64,000 bases of DNA, from positions 24,185 through 88,184 of the IMG/VR virus record IMGVR_UViG_3300048687_000070. The stretch is one strand, 5' to 3'. Each line of letters begins with the position of its first letter. Positions within the stretch are counted from its first letter, which is position 1. The notes beneath the pieces are model-generated. The model saw only the letters and a list, made by a program, of their open reading frames with translations, was not told the DNA's origin and ran no database searches. Both the position numbers and the translations under genes were made by a program. Below are positions 36,622-46,860 of this stretch, one piece after another. This DNA comes from a virus.

Positions 36622-37162
36622 TTATCTGGCCGAACCGGCAGACCTGGCGATCTGGCTGGGCGTACCGGCCACGGACCCGAAGCTGCTACAGGCCCTGGCC
36701 GCGGCATCCAGCCGGTTCCGCGGCCAGGTTCGCCACCACGTCTCACTCGTCACCGACGACCTCCTGACGCTGGACGGCAACGGCTCGCGGTCGGTCCTGT
36801 TGCCCGCCGAGCCGGTCGCTGCCGTCACCTCGCTGCTACTGAACGGCGACCCGCTCGTGGACGGTACGGACTTCGAATGGTCCGAGGACGGCTATGTACG
36901 GCGCCTGGGCTGCGGCCTGTGGCCCAACAAGCTGCGCTGCATCCGGATCACGTACAGCCACGGCTACGCCGAGATTCCGGAGGACATCGCGGAGGCTGTT
37001 ATCGATCAGGCGCGCGCCCAGCACGCTGTCCGACCTGGTGTGCAGTCCGTACAGGTGGGCGGCCAGTCGGTGGCGTTCGGCGCCCAGGCGTCGATCGGCG
37101 TGACCGCGCAGTGGTCGGCTGCGGTCGCCAAGTACCGGCTCAACCGGGGTGACCGGACATGA
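36608..37162 (+). CDS. Head-tail adaptor
   Basis: LAEPADLA, ITYSHGYAEIPEDI. Confidence 0.8.
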   Translation: MATTDYLAEPADLAIWLGVPATDPKLLQALAAASSRFRGQVRHHVSLVTDDLLTLDGNGSRSVLLPAEPVAAVTSLLLNGDPLVDGTDFEWSEDGYVRRLGCGLWPNKLRCIRITYSHGYAEIPEDIAEAVIDQARAQHAVRPGVQSVQVGGQSVAFGAQASIGVTAQWSAAVAKYRLNRGDRT

Positions 37163-37512
37163 CGCTGATGTTCGAACAGGCCATCGTCATCGTGAGGGCC
37201 CCGCTCGTCGCGGACCGCTACCAGAACAAGACGCGGGACTGGAGCAACGCTGCCCGTGTTCCCGTCGAGGGCGTCAACGTACAGCCGGCTGGCGCTCCCG
37301 TGCGCTCCGAGGAGGACACCGTGGACCGGCAGACCACGGTCACCACATGGACCCTGCAGACACGGGAGGGCGTCGACCTCGATCTGATGGCGACGGACCG
37401 GGTCGAGTTCGACGGCATGACGTTGGAAGTCGACGGCAAGGTCGGGCGCTGGCCCGATCCGTTCACCGGAGCCGTGCACCACGTCGAGGCCCGGCTGAAG
37501 GAGATCGACTAA
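37159..37512 (+). CDS. Head closure/stopper protein
   Basis: DRY....DW, TDRVEFDG..EVDG, HHVEARL. Confidence 0.75.
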   Translation: MTLMFEQAIVIVRAPLVADRYQNKTRDWSNAARVPVEGVNVQPAGAPVRSEEDTVDRQTTVTTWTLQTREGVDLDLMATDRVEFDGMTLEVDGKVGRWPDPFTGAVHHVEARLKEID

Positions 37513-37880
37513 TGGCCCGCACCCAGTTCATCCTGGACCGGCGCATGTTCAGTCAGATCGCTTCCAGTCCCGAGATGGCCGCGTACCTGCTCGCCCTGGC
37601 CAATCGCGGCAAGGCGATCGCGGACGCGCTTGCCCCGTCCTATAGCGGCCCGACCTGGGGCGGCGGGACACGCGCGAACGACTACAAACGATCTCTGGAA
37701 GCGAAGTTGGACCGCACCAGCTTCGGCTGGCGCAGCGAGATCGCAGCGAACGTCGCCTACGCCGTGCAGGTCGAGTTCGGCACCGGCCGCCCGTACACGT
37801 CCCAGGAGCGCCCCCAGGAAGGCCATTCACCGAAGTGGCGAACGCTGGGCCGCTCCCTGGAAGCCCTGAGGAGCACCTGA
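37512..37880 (+). CDS. HK97 gp10-like neck protein
   Basis: YAVQVEFGT motif. Confidence 0.75.
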   Translation: MARTQFILDRRMFSQIASSPEMAAYLLALANRGKAIADALAPSYSGPTWGGGTRANDYKRSLEAKLDRTSFGWRSEIAANVAYAVQVEFGTGRPYTSQERPQEGHSPKWRTLGRSLEALRST

Positions 37881-38083
37881 TGCCCCGTATCAAGCTCGCC
37901 CACTGGCTGGGCTCTCGCAGGCCCGGCGACGAGATCGACGTGAGCGACGGGGAGGCTGCCGCGCTCGCGCGCGACGGCCGTGTCGCAGAGGTCGTCGCAC
38001 CGCCTGCAGCGCTCATGCCAGAGCCCGCCCGGGAGGCGCCGGCCGAGCCCGAGCCTGTTGTGACGGGCCGCAAGCGGCGATGA
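37880..38083 (+). CDS. Small hypothetical virion-region protein
   Basis: PGDEIDV..EAAALARDG. Confidence 0.6.
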   Translation: MPRIKLAHWLGSRRPGDEIDVSDGEAAALARDGRVAEVVAPPAALMPEPAREAPAEPEPVVTGRKRR

Positions 38084-38481
38084 CGCTGCCGGTGGCGCCG
38101 ATGCCCGACGTCGAGCAGGTGGCCATCGGCCTGCTGTCCGAGGTCCTCGATCCTGCGGTGACGGTCACGAGCGAGTGGCCGGAGGGGCTCGCACAAACCC
38201 TGCCGGTCGTCGCCGTATCCCTCGGCCCCGGAGGCGGATCCGGCGTCAAGGCGGTGACCGCCAACCGCGGACTCGACATCGACATCCTCGCCGAGACGAA
38301 GGGCGAGGCGTTCGACTTGGCGGCGCTCGTCTCCGCTCAGCTTCTGGCAGCGCAGGGCACGGTCCGGCCCGGCGCCCGCATCTACGGCGTTGAGGAGACC
38401 AGCCTCATCTGGCTGCCTGACCAGGTCACGAACATCCCCCGCTATGTGCTGGTGATGTCCCTGGTGGTTCGCCCCGCGTAG
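38080..38481 (+). CDS. Tail terminator
   Basis: Position before the tail tube gene; PDVE, PRY motifs. Confidence 0.7.
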   Translation: MTLPVAPMPDVEQVAIGLLSEVLDPAVTVTSEWPEGLAQTLPVVAVSLGPGGGSGVKAVTANRGLDIDILAETKGEAFDLAALVSAQLLAAQGTVRPGARIYGVEETSLIWLPDQVTNIPRYVLVMSLVVRPA

Positions 38482-38562
38482 CTCGACCAACCCGCGCTCC
38501 CTCACCCATTTCACCCGTCGGCGTGTGGCCGTGCGGGTCCTCGCTATGCCTGGAGGCATCCC

Positions 38563-39126
38563 GTGGCAAACGACGCCGACAACGTGCGCGTTGGTCTCAA
38601 CGGTTCTGTGTACATCGCCCCGAAGGGCACGACCGCCCCGGTCGATCTGGATGCGGCGTGGGCGGACGGCTGGGTGGATCTCGGCTACCTGTCGGACGAC
38701 GGCGTGGAGATGTCGTACTCGACGGACTCGGAGGACGTGGGCGCCTGGCAGTCCCTCAGCCCGATCCGGAAGATCCTGACGGGTGTCGACATGACGCTGG
38801 CGTTCACCGCGCTGGAGTTGAAGACGTCCACGATGACGCTCTACTTCCCGAGCGCCACGATGGAGGACATCGGCGGCTCGGTCCACAAGCTCAGCATCCC
38901 GGCCGCTCCGGCGCCGGATGAGCGGGCGATCGGTCTGGAGTGGGTCGACGGCGACATCAAGAACAGGCTCGTCATCGCCCGCGGCGAGGTCACCGACCGT
39001 GAGTCGATCACGATGGCCCGCTCCGGTGCGGTCGGTCTCGGCATGACCGTGTCCGCCTATGCCGACACAGCGCCGGAGATCGCCGTGTGGCTGTCCAACG
39101 ACCCCGCATGGGGTGCCGCCGCGTAG
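38563..39126 (+). CDS. Major tail (tube) protein
   Basis: YIAPKGT, DLGYLSDDG, AWQ. Confidence 0.85.
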   Translation: MANDADNVRVGLNGSVYIAPKGTTAPVDLDAAWADGWVDLGYLSDDGVEMSYSTDSEDVGAWQSLSPIRKILTGVDMTLAFTALELKTSTMTLYFPSATMEDIGGSVHKLSIPAAPAPDERAIGLEWVDGDIKNRLVIARGEVTDRESITMARSGAVGLGMTVSAYADTAPEIAVWLSNDPAWGAAA

Positions 39127-39204
39127 CTCCCTCTTCTCCCCGGCAGGCACGCACGCGGGTCGCGCCTGCCGGGGTCCAACCCGCGAACCCGCAAGGAGAA
39201 CCGC

Positions 39205-39534
39205 ATGCCCAGCAAGACCACCGGTACCGAGGTCGTCGACCTCAACTCGCTTGCCCAGCAGCGCCGCGATGCGCTGCCGGAGCCGACGACGTACAACCTG
39301 TTCGATGTCGAGTTCACGCTGCCACCCATCAAGGGCCTGCCCTTCTCGCTGCAGGAGCGGGTCGGTGACCTCGACAACACCGTCGAGGTCCTCAAGGAGC
39401 TCCTCGGCGCTACGAAGGTCAAGGAGATGTATGCCGCCGGGTACACGTTCGGCGACCTGGAGCTGATCGCCGAGCAGTGGCAGCAGCGTTCCGGGATGGA
39501 GCCGGGGGAATCGGTGGCCTCCGCCGCTTCCTAG
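39205..39534 (+). CDS. Tail assembly chaperone (G)
   Basis: Between tail tube and tape measure; ends EPGES at a slippery site. Confidence 0.85.
   Translation: MPSKTTGTEVVDLNSLAQQRRDALPEPTTYNLFDVEFTLPPIKGLPFSLQERVGDLDNTVEVLKELLGATKVKEMYAAGYTFGDLELIAEQWQQRSGMEPGESVASAAS
39504..39510 (+). other. Programmed -1 frameshift site GGGGGAA
   Basis: -1 frame stays open to 39953 (G-T fusion). Confidence 0.75.
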
Positions 39535-39953
39535 AGCGGTACGGGGAGGCCGTCGAGTGGGACATCGCCCGGTACTGGCCGGGCCGGTCCCTGCTGGAGC
39601 TGTACCGCGGGGACATGTCGTGGCGTGAGCTGCGGGTCTTCCTGAAGTTCCTGCCGGCGGATGCGGCGACCGCGCGCGCGGTACGCGGCTCGTCGGCGGA
39701 AGAGGACGCCTGGACGCTCGACCGGCAGCTGCTGGCGTCCGCCGTGGACGCGATCCGCGAGAACACGTTCGCCACGGTCAAGCTCGGCGGCGATCCGAAG
39801 AAGACCGGGCGCCTGAAGCCGCCGAAGCCGATTCCGCGGCCGGGTGTGGCTGAGCCGAAGAACAGCAACACGATCCGTTTCGGGGGCCGTCACGGCTCCG
39901 GGGCAAAGCAGTTGGCGGCCGTCTTCGGGAGGCCTGCCGCGAACCAGTCGTAG
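39510..39953 (+). CDS. Tail assembly chaperone frameshift extension (T)
   Basis: EAVEWDIARY, LP..ATAR, KPPKPIPRPG. Confidence 0.8.
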   Translation: MGGLRRFLERYGEAVEWDIARYWPGRSLLELYRGDMSWRELRVFLKFLPADAATARAVRGSSAEEDAWTLDRQLLASAVDAIRENTFATVKLGGDPKKTGRLKPPKPIPRPGVAEPKNSNTIRFGGRHGSGAKQLAAVFGRPAANQS

Positions 39954-39963
39954 GGGGTGCGCG

Positions 39964-42900
39964 GTGGCCGGTGGTGTGCTCGTCGGGCGCGGATACGTCA
40001 GCATTCGCCCGGAGTTCGAAGGGGACTGGTCCCGCTCCGTGTCGTCCCGCGCTTCGAGTGCGGGCCGGTCCGGGGCGGGCGCTTTCTCGAAGGCGTTCGG
40101 CGCTGGCCTGAAGGGGATCGGTGCGCTCGCCGGCGTGGCGATCGGCGCGAACCTGTCGTCGGCCGCTGCCGGTGCCGCCGTCCTCGCCCCGGCTCTGGCT
40201 ACGGCCGGTGCCGCCGCGGGCGCGCTCAAGCTCGGGCTGTCGGGTGTGGGTGACGCGTTCAAGGCGGCGTTCGCCGACTCGTCGTCGCAGGCATCCTCTG
40301 CCGCGTCCGCGACGAAGGCCGTCGAGTCCGCACAACGCGGCCTGGCGAAGGCGCAGCAGGGACTGGCGGACGCACGCGTGCAGGCGGCCGAGCGCATCAA
40401 GGACGCGCAGAAGGCCGTCGGGGAGGCCGAACAGAACCTGGCCCGGGTCGTCGAGGAGTCGGCGCAGCGGCAGAAGGACGCCCAACTGTCCGTCATGGAC
40501 GCCGAGCGCGACCTCAAGGACGCCCAGGCTGACGCCCGGCAGGCGCAGCTGTCCCTCAACGACGCCCGCAACGAGGCGGTCCGCTCGTTGCAGGACATGA
40601 ATGACCAGCTTGCCGGGGCCCGCCTCGACGAGCGCGAGGCCGTCATGCGGCAGGCCGAAGCGGAGAAAGCGCTCCGCGCGGCACAGCAGAACCCGGGCGT
40701 CACCCCCGAGCAGCTCGCCAAGCTGCAGCTCGCCTACGACCGGGCCGCGCTGAACCTGTCGGAGCAGCGCCGCGAGACGAAGGAACTCGCGACCGACACA
40801 GCCAAGGCGAACAAGGCCGGAGTCGAGGGCTCAACGCAGGTCACGCAGGCCAAGCAGCGCATCGCCCAGGCCAACCAGACGGTCGTCGACCGCGAGCGCG
40901 ACCTGACGAAGGCGCGCGAGACCCAGCGGCGTACCGCCGTCGACTCGGCGCGCGACATCGCCGACGCACAGCAGGGGGTCGCGGACGCGCAGGCGGATGT
41001 AGCGAAGGCCCGTCAGGAGGGCTCTCGGCAGATCCGCGACGCGGAGCAGGCGGTCGCCGACGCCGCGTCGGCTGTGGCGGACGCGCAGGCGGCAGCGGCA
41101 GCGCAGACGTCTGCCTACGCGCAGGCCATGGCGAAGTTGGCGCCGAACGCGCAGAGCTTCGTGCGCGCCGTACAGGGCCTCGCGCCCGCGTGGGACGCGA
41201 TGAAGATGTCCGTGCAGAACAGGCTGTTCGAGGGCCTCGACAGCACGGTCACGTCACTGGGCAGGACAACGATCCCGATCCTGCAGCGGCAGCTGACCGC
41301 GACGGCCGGCGTGTGGAACTCGATCGCGAAGAACGCTGCGGGCGCCGTCATGGAGATGGCCAAGTCCGGGCAGCTCGACCAGATCCTCGCCGGAGCGACC
41401 AAGAATCTGGCGGTGTTCCAGAAGACGCCGGGCCAGATCGTCACGGCATTCGGACAGCTGGCGGTCGCTGCGCAGCCCGCGTTCAATCAGTTGCTCACCC
41501 AGTTCGCCGGCGCCATCACCAGTTTCACCGACGGAATTGCCGCCTCGTTCACCTCGGGCGGTTTGCAGGATGCCATCACGACGGCGTTCGGGATCCTGTC
41601 CAGTTTCGGGACGCTGCTGGGCAACGCGCTCGGCGTCGTCACCGAAATCTTCAAGGCCGCCTCCGACGCGGGCGGCCAGATCGTCGGCGTGCTCGGAACC
41701 GTCCTCGGCACCATCCGGGACGTGCTGGCCGGGCCGGAGATCCAGGCTGCGCTACGCCAACTCTTCGGCTCGATCGGTCAGATCGTGGCCGCGATCGCGC
41801 CCGTCTTCGGGTCCATCGTGCAGGCCGTGGTGCCGCTGCTTGCGACGATCGCCCCGTTCGTCGCGCAGCTGGCCGAGGTGCTCGGCCCGGTACTTCAGCA
41901 GCTGGTCACCTCGCTGGGCGCCGCACTGATGCCGGTGATCCAGGCATTGATGCCGGTGCTGCTGCAGGTCGGTACGGCGATCGTGCAGATCGTGCAGGCG
42001 GTGATGCCGCTCTTGCAGCCGATCGGCGAGCTGATCGCCGGGGTGATCTCGGCGCTGGCGCCCGCGCTGACGCCGATCATCAACATCATCACGCTGCTGG
42101 TACGACAGTTGGTCGGCCCGCTGTCGACGGTCGTGCGTGCTCTGACGCCTGTGTTCGTCACCCTCGGTAAGATCATCGGTCAGGTGTTCACGGCTCTGGG
42201 GCCGCTGCTCACGCCGCTGATCAAGCTCGTTGGCCAGGTCGCGCAGATGCTCGCCGGGGTGCTGTCGAAGGCACTGATGACCGTGATGGGCGCGCTGCGC
42301 CCGCTGATCCCGGTAGGTATCCAGCTCATCCAGTCCGTGATCGGTGCACTGACCCCGGTGCTCCCGGTCCTCGGCAAGGCTTTCGGCATGGTCGCGCAGG
42401 CACTCGTGCAGATCGTCGCGGCCATCGTCCCGGTCGTCGCCCAGTTCGCCAGCAGCCTCGGCCCGGTCATCAAGGCGCTCGTGCCGGTGATCTCACAGAT
42501 CGCGACCACGATCGGCAGCACGCTGATGGCGGTCCTCCCGCCGCTGCTGCAGGCCCTGGTCACGCTGGCGCCCGCGTTCGGTCAGATCGTCGGCCTGGTC
42601 GTGAAGCTGGGCGCGGACGTGATCACGGCGCTCCTGCCGTCACTGGGGAAGCTGATCCCGGCTGCCGTGCAGCTCGTCCTCGCGCTCGTCCCGATCCTTC
42701 CGCCGCTCGCGAAAATCATCTCCCTGGTTGTTCAGCTGGCGGTACGGGTGCTGTCGTGGCTGCTGCCGCCACTGATCAAACTGGCCGGGTTCCTGATCGG
42801 CAAACTGGCCGGCGCGCTGGCGACGGCGATCCGCTGGATCTCCAACATCATCGGCTGGATCGTCAAGCTCGTCGGCTGGGTGCGCGACAAGCTCGGCCCG

Positions 42901-44613
42901 ATCATGAACTGGCTGAACGGCAAGGTCATCCAGCCGGTTTGGCGGCGCATCCGAGAAGCCGTCTCCGCCGCCTGGGGCAAGATCCGGCCCGTGTTCGACA
43001 CGCTCAAGACGGCTGTCGGGCGCGTCGGAGACGCCTTCAAGTCGGCCCGTGACGCGATCAAGAAGGCGTGGGGGCAGCTCCAGGACATCACGAAGAAGCC
43101 CGTCAACTTCGTGATCAAGTGGGTGTACACCAACGGCATCAAGGCCGTCTGGGACAAGGTCGCCTCGTTCGTCGGGCTCAGCAAACTCCCCAAGGCGCCC
43201 AAGCTCCTCGCGAAGGGCGGCACAGTCGGCGACGGCTTCGGCCCGGCGCGGCCGATGGTCACCAACCGGCCGACAGCGATCGTCGGTGAAGGCAACCCGC
43301 GCTTCCCCGAGTTCGTCATCCCCACCGACCCGAAATACCGGACGCGGGCGCTCGCGCTGCACCAGGCAGCCGGAACCAAGCTGATGGCGGACGGCGGGAT
43401 CCTCGGCAGCATCGGCTCGGCCTGGGACTGGACCAAGGACAAGGTCTCCGACGTCGTCGGCAAGGGCATCGACTGGGCGAAGAAGGGCGCCGACCTTCTC
43501 GCCAACCCGTCGAAAATCTGGGACTCCCTGATGAAACCCGTCATCGGGAAGATCGCCAAGGGGGTGGGGGACTCCCAGATGGGCAAAGCCATCGGGAAGA
43601 TCCCCCGCAAGATGATCAGCGGGCTGAAGGACAAAATCGTCTCCGCCGCAAAGAGCCTCTTCGCCGACGGCGGCCAGTGGGTCAAGCCCGTCGACGTCCC
43701 CTACGGCACACCGTTCGGCAAACGCGGCCCCATGTGGTCCTCCGGCTATCACACCGGCCTGGACTTCCCCGCCGCTGTCGGCAAGGCCGTGAAGGCGGTC
43801 GCTGACGGCTCCATCACCTCCGCATCCAGCGGTGGCCCCTACGGCAAGCACATCTCCATCTCCCACGGCGGCGGCCTGTCGTCGCTGTACGCCCACCTGT
43901 CCAACATCATCAAAAGCTCGGGGGTAGTGAAGGCCGGCCAGCGCATCGGCTCCGTCGGCGCCACCGGCAACGTCACCGGACCACACCTGCACTTGGAGGC
44001 CCGGAGAAACGGGCGCGCGGTCGACCCGATGCCGTTCCTCACCAGCGGCGGCGGCTTCAACGCGCAGGCCGTGGGAGCCGCCCAGCAGTACGCGAAGTCG
44101 ATCCTCTCCCGCTACGGGTGGGGGCCGAGCCAGTTCGGGCCGCTCAAGAAGCTCTGGCAGGGCGAGTCGGGTTGGCGCTGGAACGCGAAGAACGCCAGCT
44201 CAGGGGCGTATGGCATCCCGCAGGCACTGCCTGCGAACAAGATGGCATCCGCCGGCCCCGACTGGCGGACGAACGCAAAGACGCAGATCCGGTGGGGCCT
44301 CAGCTACATCAAGGGTCGCCCGGACTATGGGAGCCCGTCGCGTGCATGGTCCAAGTGGCAGTCGCGGTCACCGCATTGGTACGACTCCGGCGGCTTCCTG
44401 CAGCCCGGCCTCAACCTGGCCTACAACGGGACCGGCAGCCCGGAGCCCGTACTGACCGGCCAGCAGTGGAACCTGCTCGCCAACCAGTCGGGCACATCGT
44501 CGGAGCCGGTCGTCATCGAAATCCACACCCGCGATCAGGCGCTCGCCGAGTTCATCGACGTGCGCGTCATCGGGCACCAGGACGCGCTCGTTCGCACAGT
44601 CCACGCCATGTGA
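39964..44613 (+). CDS. Tape measure protein with M23 peptidase and lytic transglycosylase-like domains
   Basis: Long helical amphipathic repeats; HTGLD..YAHL..TGPHLHLE (M23); ESGW...AYGIPQALP..KM...YI..Y. Confidence 0.92.
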   Translation: MAGGVLVGRGYVSIRPEFEGDWSRSVSSRASSAGRSGAGAFSKAFGAGLKGIGALAGVAIGANLSSAAAGAAVLAPALATAGAAAGALKLGLSGVGDAFKAAFADSSSQASSAASATKAVESAQRGLAKAQQGLADARVQAAERIKDAQKAVGEAEQNLARVVEESAQRQKDAQLSVMDAERDLKDAQADARQAQLSLNDARNEAVRSLQDMNDQLAGARLDEREAVMRQAEAEKALRAAQQNPGVTPEQLAKLQLAYDRAALNLSEQRRETKELATDTAKANKAGVEGSTQVTQAKQRIAQANQTVVDRERDLTKARETQRRTAVDSARDIADAQQGVADAQADVAKARQEGSRQIRDAEQAVADAASAVADAQAAAAAQTSAYAQAMAKLAPNAQSFVRAVQGLAPAWDAMKMSVQNRLFEGLDSTVTSLGRTTIPILQRQLTATAGVWNSIAKNAAGAVMEMAKSGQLDQILAGATKNLAVFQKTPGQIVTAFGQLAVAAQPAFNQLLTQFAGAITSFTDGIAASFTSGGLQDAITTAFGILSSFGTLLGNALGVVTEIFKAASDAGGQIVGVLGTVLGTIRDVLAGPEIQAALRQLFGSIGQIVAAIAPVFGSIVQAVVPLLATIAPFVAQLAEVLGPVLQQLVTSLGAALMPVIQALMPVLLQVGTAIVQIVQAVMPLLQPIGELIAGVISALAPALTPIINIITLLVRQLVGPLSTVVRALTPVFVTLGKIIGQVFTALGPLLTPLIKLVGQVAQMLAGVLSKALMTVMGALRPLIPVGIQLIQSVIGALTPVLPVLGKAFGMVAQALVQIVAAIVPVVAQFASSLGPVIKALVPVISQIATTIGSTLMAVLPPLLQALVTLAPAFGQIVGLVVKLGADVITALLPSLGKLIPAAVQLVLALVPILPPLAKIISLVVQLAVRVLSWLLPPLIKLAGFLIGKLAGALATAIRWISNIIGWIVKLVGWVRDKLGPIMNWLNGKVIQPVWRRIREAVSAAWGKIRPVFDTLKTAVGRVGDAFKSARDAIKKAWGQLQDITKKPVNFVIKWVYTNGIKAVWDKVASFVGLSKLPKAPKLLAKGGTVGDGFGPARPMVTNRPTAIVGEGNPRFPEFVIPTDPKYRTRALALHQAAGTKLMADGGILGSIGSAWDWTKDKVSDVVGKGIDWAKKGADLLANPSKIWDSLMKPVIGKIAKGVGDSQMGKAIGKIPRKMISGLKDKIVSAAKSLFADGGQWVKPVDVPYGTPFGKRGPMWSSGYHTGLDFPAAVGKAVKAVADGSITSASSGGPYGKHISISHGGGLSSLYAHLSNIIKSSGVVKAGQRIGSVGATGNVTGPHLHLEARRNGRAVDPMPFLTSGGGFNAQAVGAAQQYAKSILSRYGWGPSQFGPLKKLWQGESGWRWNAKNASSGAYGIPQALPANKMASAGPDWRTNAKTQIRWGLSYIKGRPDYGSPSRAWSKWQSRSPHWYDSGGFLQPGLNLAYNGTGSPEPVLTGQQWNLLANQSGTSSEPVVIEIHTRDQALAEFIDVRVIGHQDALVRTVHAM

Positions 44614-44624
44614 GAGGAGCCTCG

Positions 44625-46856
44625 ATGCCGATCCCCGGGAATCTCCTCTCGGCGACGACGGAGATGGTCGACCCCAACTCCAGCGGCTGGACACCCAAGT
44701 CGAACTGCACGTTCCTGGTCGGTGTTGGCGGCCGGAACGGGAACGGCTGCCTCGCCGTCAAGAGCACGGCGGCGGGGGAGGTGCAGGCCCGCACCGTCAC
44801 CGCCTACCCGGTGACCGCGGGCACGCTCTACCAGTGTTTCGCGGATGCGGCGGGCGCGGTCCCGGAGCGGATCGGGATCCGCTGGCTGACCGCTGCCGGA
44901 TCGGAGATCAGTGTCGCCTGGTCGCTGACCACGCTGACCGCCTCGTCGGGCTGGCATCGAGTCGGCGTCGCCGGTACCGCGCCTGCGGGCGCGGTCACGG
45001 CGCAGGTACTGCTGTCGTCGACGGAGACCGCGGCGAACGCTCAGCACTACTGGGAGAACGTCTACCTCGGCCTCCCGATCAGGACCGTCGGCAACCTGTT
45101 CGCGTTCACGACGGAGAGCAGCGAGGTCGACGCCAGCGGCTGGACACCGCAGGTCAACGCAACGATCTCCCGCCAGGTCCCCATGATTCAGTGGGCGGTT
45201 GACACCTATACGGCGGGCGGGCACACGCTCGCCATGACGGCGGTCGCCGCAGGCAACGCGTCGATCGCGGCCGTCGACAGGCCGGGCGTGACACCGGGTG
45301 TCGAATACCTGGCCTACGCCTACCTCAGCCCGCCGACTCTCGCGTCCGTCGCCTGGATCGAGTTGCGGTTCTACGACAGCAACGGCAACCAGTTCAGCAC
45401 CCAACGGTCAACGCTCGTCGTTCCGCCTTCGGGCGCCGGCATGTACCGGCAGTACGCTTCCGCGACCGCCCCGGCCACGGCGGCAACCGCCTCCGTGGCA
45501 GTCGGCATGGACGGCGCGTCGGCCGGCCAGGTGCTGCGCGTCGAGACCGTCGTCATCACCGTCGCACCGCCACTCCAGGCGGGCAGCGTCCTGCCCTACG
45601 CCGACGCATCGTTCGAGCAGGGCATCGCCGGATGGACAAAGATCAGCGGTGTGGCGACGATCGCCCGCTCCACCCCGTGGGGGAGCGGGGGGTACGGCTA
45701 CTACGGCATGCTCGTCAGCTCGTCGACCGCGACCGCGTCGACGATCCGCTCGGCGAGGTTCCCGCTCGGCGCGGGTGCGGGCGGGCAGAACTGGCGTGCC
45801 TGGATCGCCGCCAAGGTCGGCGCGGGCTCGTGGGCGTCGGTGCGCGTCCAGATCCGCTACTACGACGCCGCCACCGCCGATCTCGGCGTCGGCGGGGCGA
45901 CGTGGACGATGGGCGTCGCCGGCTGGGTCGGCCTGCCCGCGGACGTGCTGGCTCCGGCGACGGCGACGCAGGCGGCGATCGAGCTCGTCGTCACCGCCTC
46001 GGCCGCGACGTCGACGCTCATCCTCGACGCGGCGCTGCTGTATCCGGTGCTGCCGCTCGTCGAGGTGGAGGCCGTCGACTCCGGCGGCTACACCGTGCTG
46101 ACGCTGCGGGAGCTGGCTCTCGACCATCGGATCTCGGTGTACCGGGTGATGCCCGATGGTGCGCGCGTTCTCGTGCGCGGCGCGTCCGGGCTCATCGACC
46201 GGCAGGCCATCACGTCGGACCTGCTCGTCGTCGAGGACCATGAGGCGCCGCTGAACGTCGAGGTCTACTACCGGATCGAGCTGCTGCAGCCGAACGGGCT
46301 GGTGGGCACACGCACGTCGGACACCGTGACGCTGACGCTCGCCGACGCGAACGAGGCGTGGCTGAAGGATCCGGGGAACCCTCAGCGGAACACCGTGGTC
46401 GTGGTGCAGGCGGCGCCGGACTGGCAGCGGCCGGTCGAGCAGTCCGCGTACATCGTGAAGGGCCGCCGCAACAAGGTGGTGCTCAGCGGCCGACGCCAGG
46501 GCCTGGAGGGCGAGCTCGCCGTGTGGACCCGTACCGACGAGGAACGCAAGGCCCTCCACCTGCTCCTCGACAGCGGCAACACCCTGCTGTGGCAGGCGGT
46601 CCCGGGCATGGGCGTCGACGACATGTATGTCACCGTCGGCGCCGTCGACGAGGCCCGCATCGGCCCCCTCGCACAGGAGCAGTGGCGGGCCTGGAAGCTC
46701 CCGCTCATCGAAGCCGACCGCCCGGTCACGACCGGCGTCAACGGCAGCGGCGGCCGGACCTGGCAGGACGTGATCGCCGAGTTCTCGACGTGCGCCGACC
46801 TGCTGCCCGTGTACGCGACCAGCGAGGCACTGCTCCTCGACAGACGGACGGGGTGA
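44625..46856 (+). CDS. Distal/minor tail protein with carbohydrate-binding-like repeats
   Basis: After TMP; repeated GW...RF/W beta modules; WLKDP C-terminal domain. Confidence 0.8.
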   Translation: MPIPGNLLSATTEMVDPNSSGWTPKSNCTFLVGVGGRNGNGCLAVKSTAAGEVQARTVTAYPVTAGTLYQCFADAAGAVPERIGIRWLTAAGSEISVAWSLTTLTASSGWHRVGVAGTAPAGAVTAQVLLSSTETAANAQHYWENVYLGLPIRTVGNLFAFTTESSEVDASGWTPQVNATISRQVPMIQWAVDTYTAGGHTLAMTAVAAGNASIAAVDRPGVTPGVEYLAYAYLSPPTLASVAWIELRFYDSNGNQFSTQRSTLVVPPSGAGMYRQYASATAPATAATASVAVGMDGASAGQVLRVETVVITVAPPLQAGSVLPYADASFEQGIAGWTKISGVATIARSTPWGSGGYGYYGMLVSSSTATASTIRSARFPLGAGAGGQNWRAWIAAKVGAGSWASVRVQIRYYDAATADLGVGGATWTMGVAGWVGLPADVLAPATATQAAIELVVTASAATSTLILDAALLYPVLPLVEVEAVDSGGYTVLTLRELALDHRISVYRVMPDGARVLVRGASGLIDRQAITSDLLVVEDHEAPLNVEVYYRIELLQPNGLVGTRTSDTVTLTLADANEAWLKDPGNPQRNTVVVVQAAPDWQRPVEQSAYIVKGRRNKVVLSGRRQGLEGELAVWTRTDEERKALHLLLDSGNTLLWQAVPGMGVDDMYVTVGAVDEARIGPLAQEQWRAWKLPLIEADRPVTTGVNGSGGRTWQDVIAEFSTCADLLPVYATSEALLLDRRTG

Positions 46857-46860
46857 TGCG

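Noticed and set aside
41700-42900. Hydrophobic repeats suggesting a separate membrane protein
   Set aside because: Normal amphipathic repeats within the tape measure ORF.
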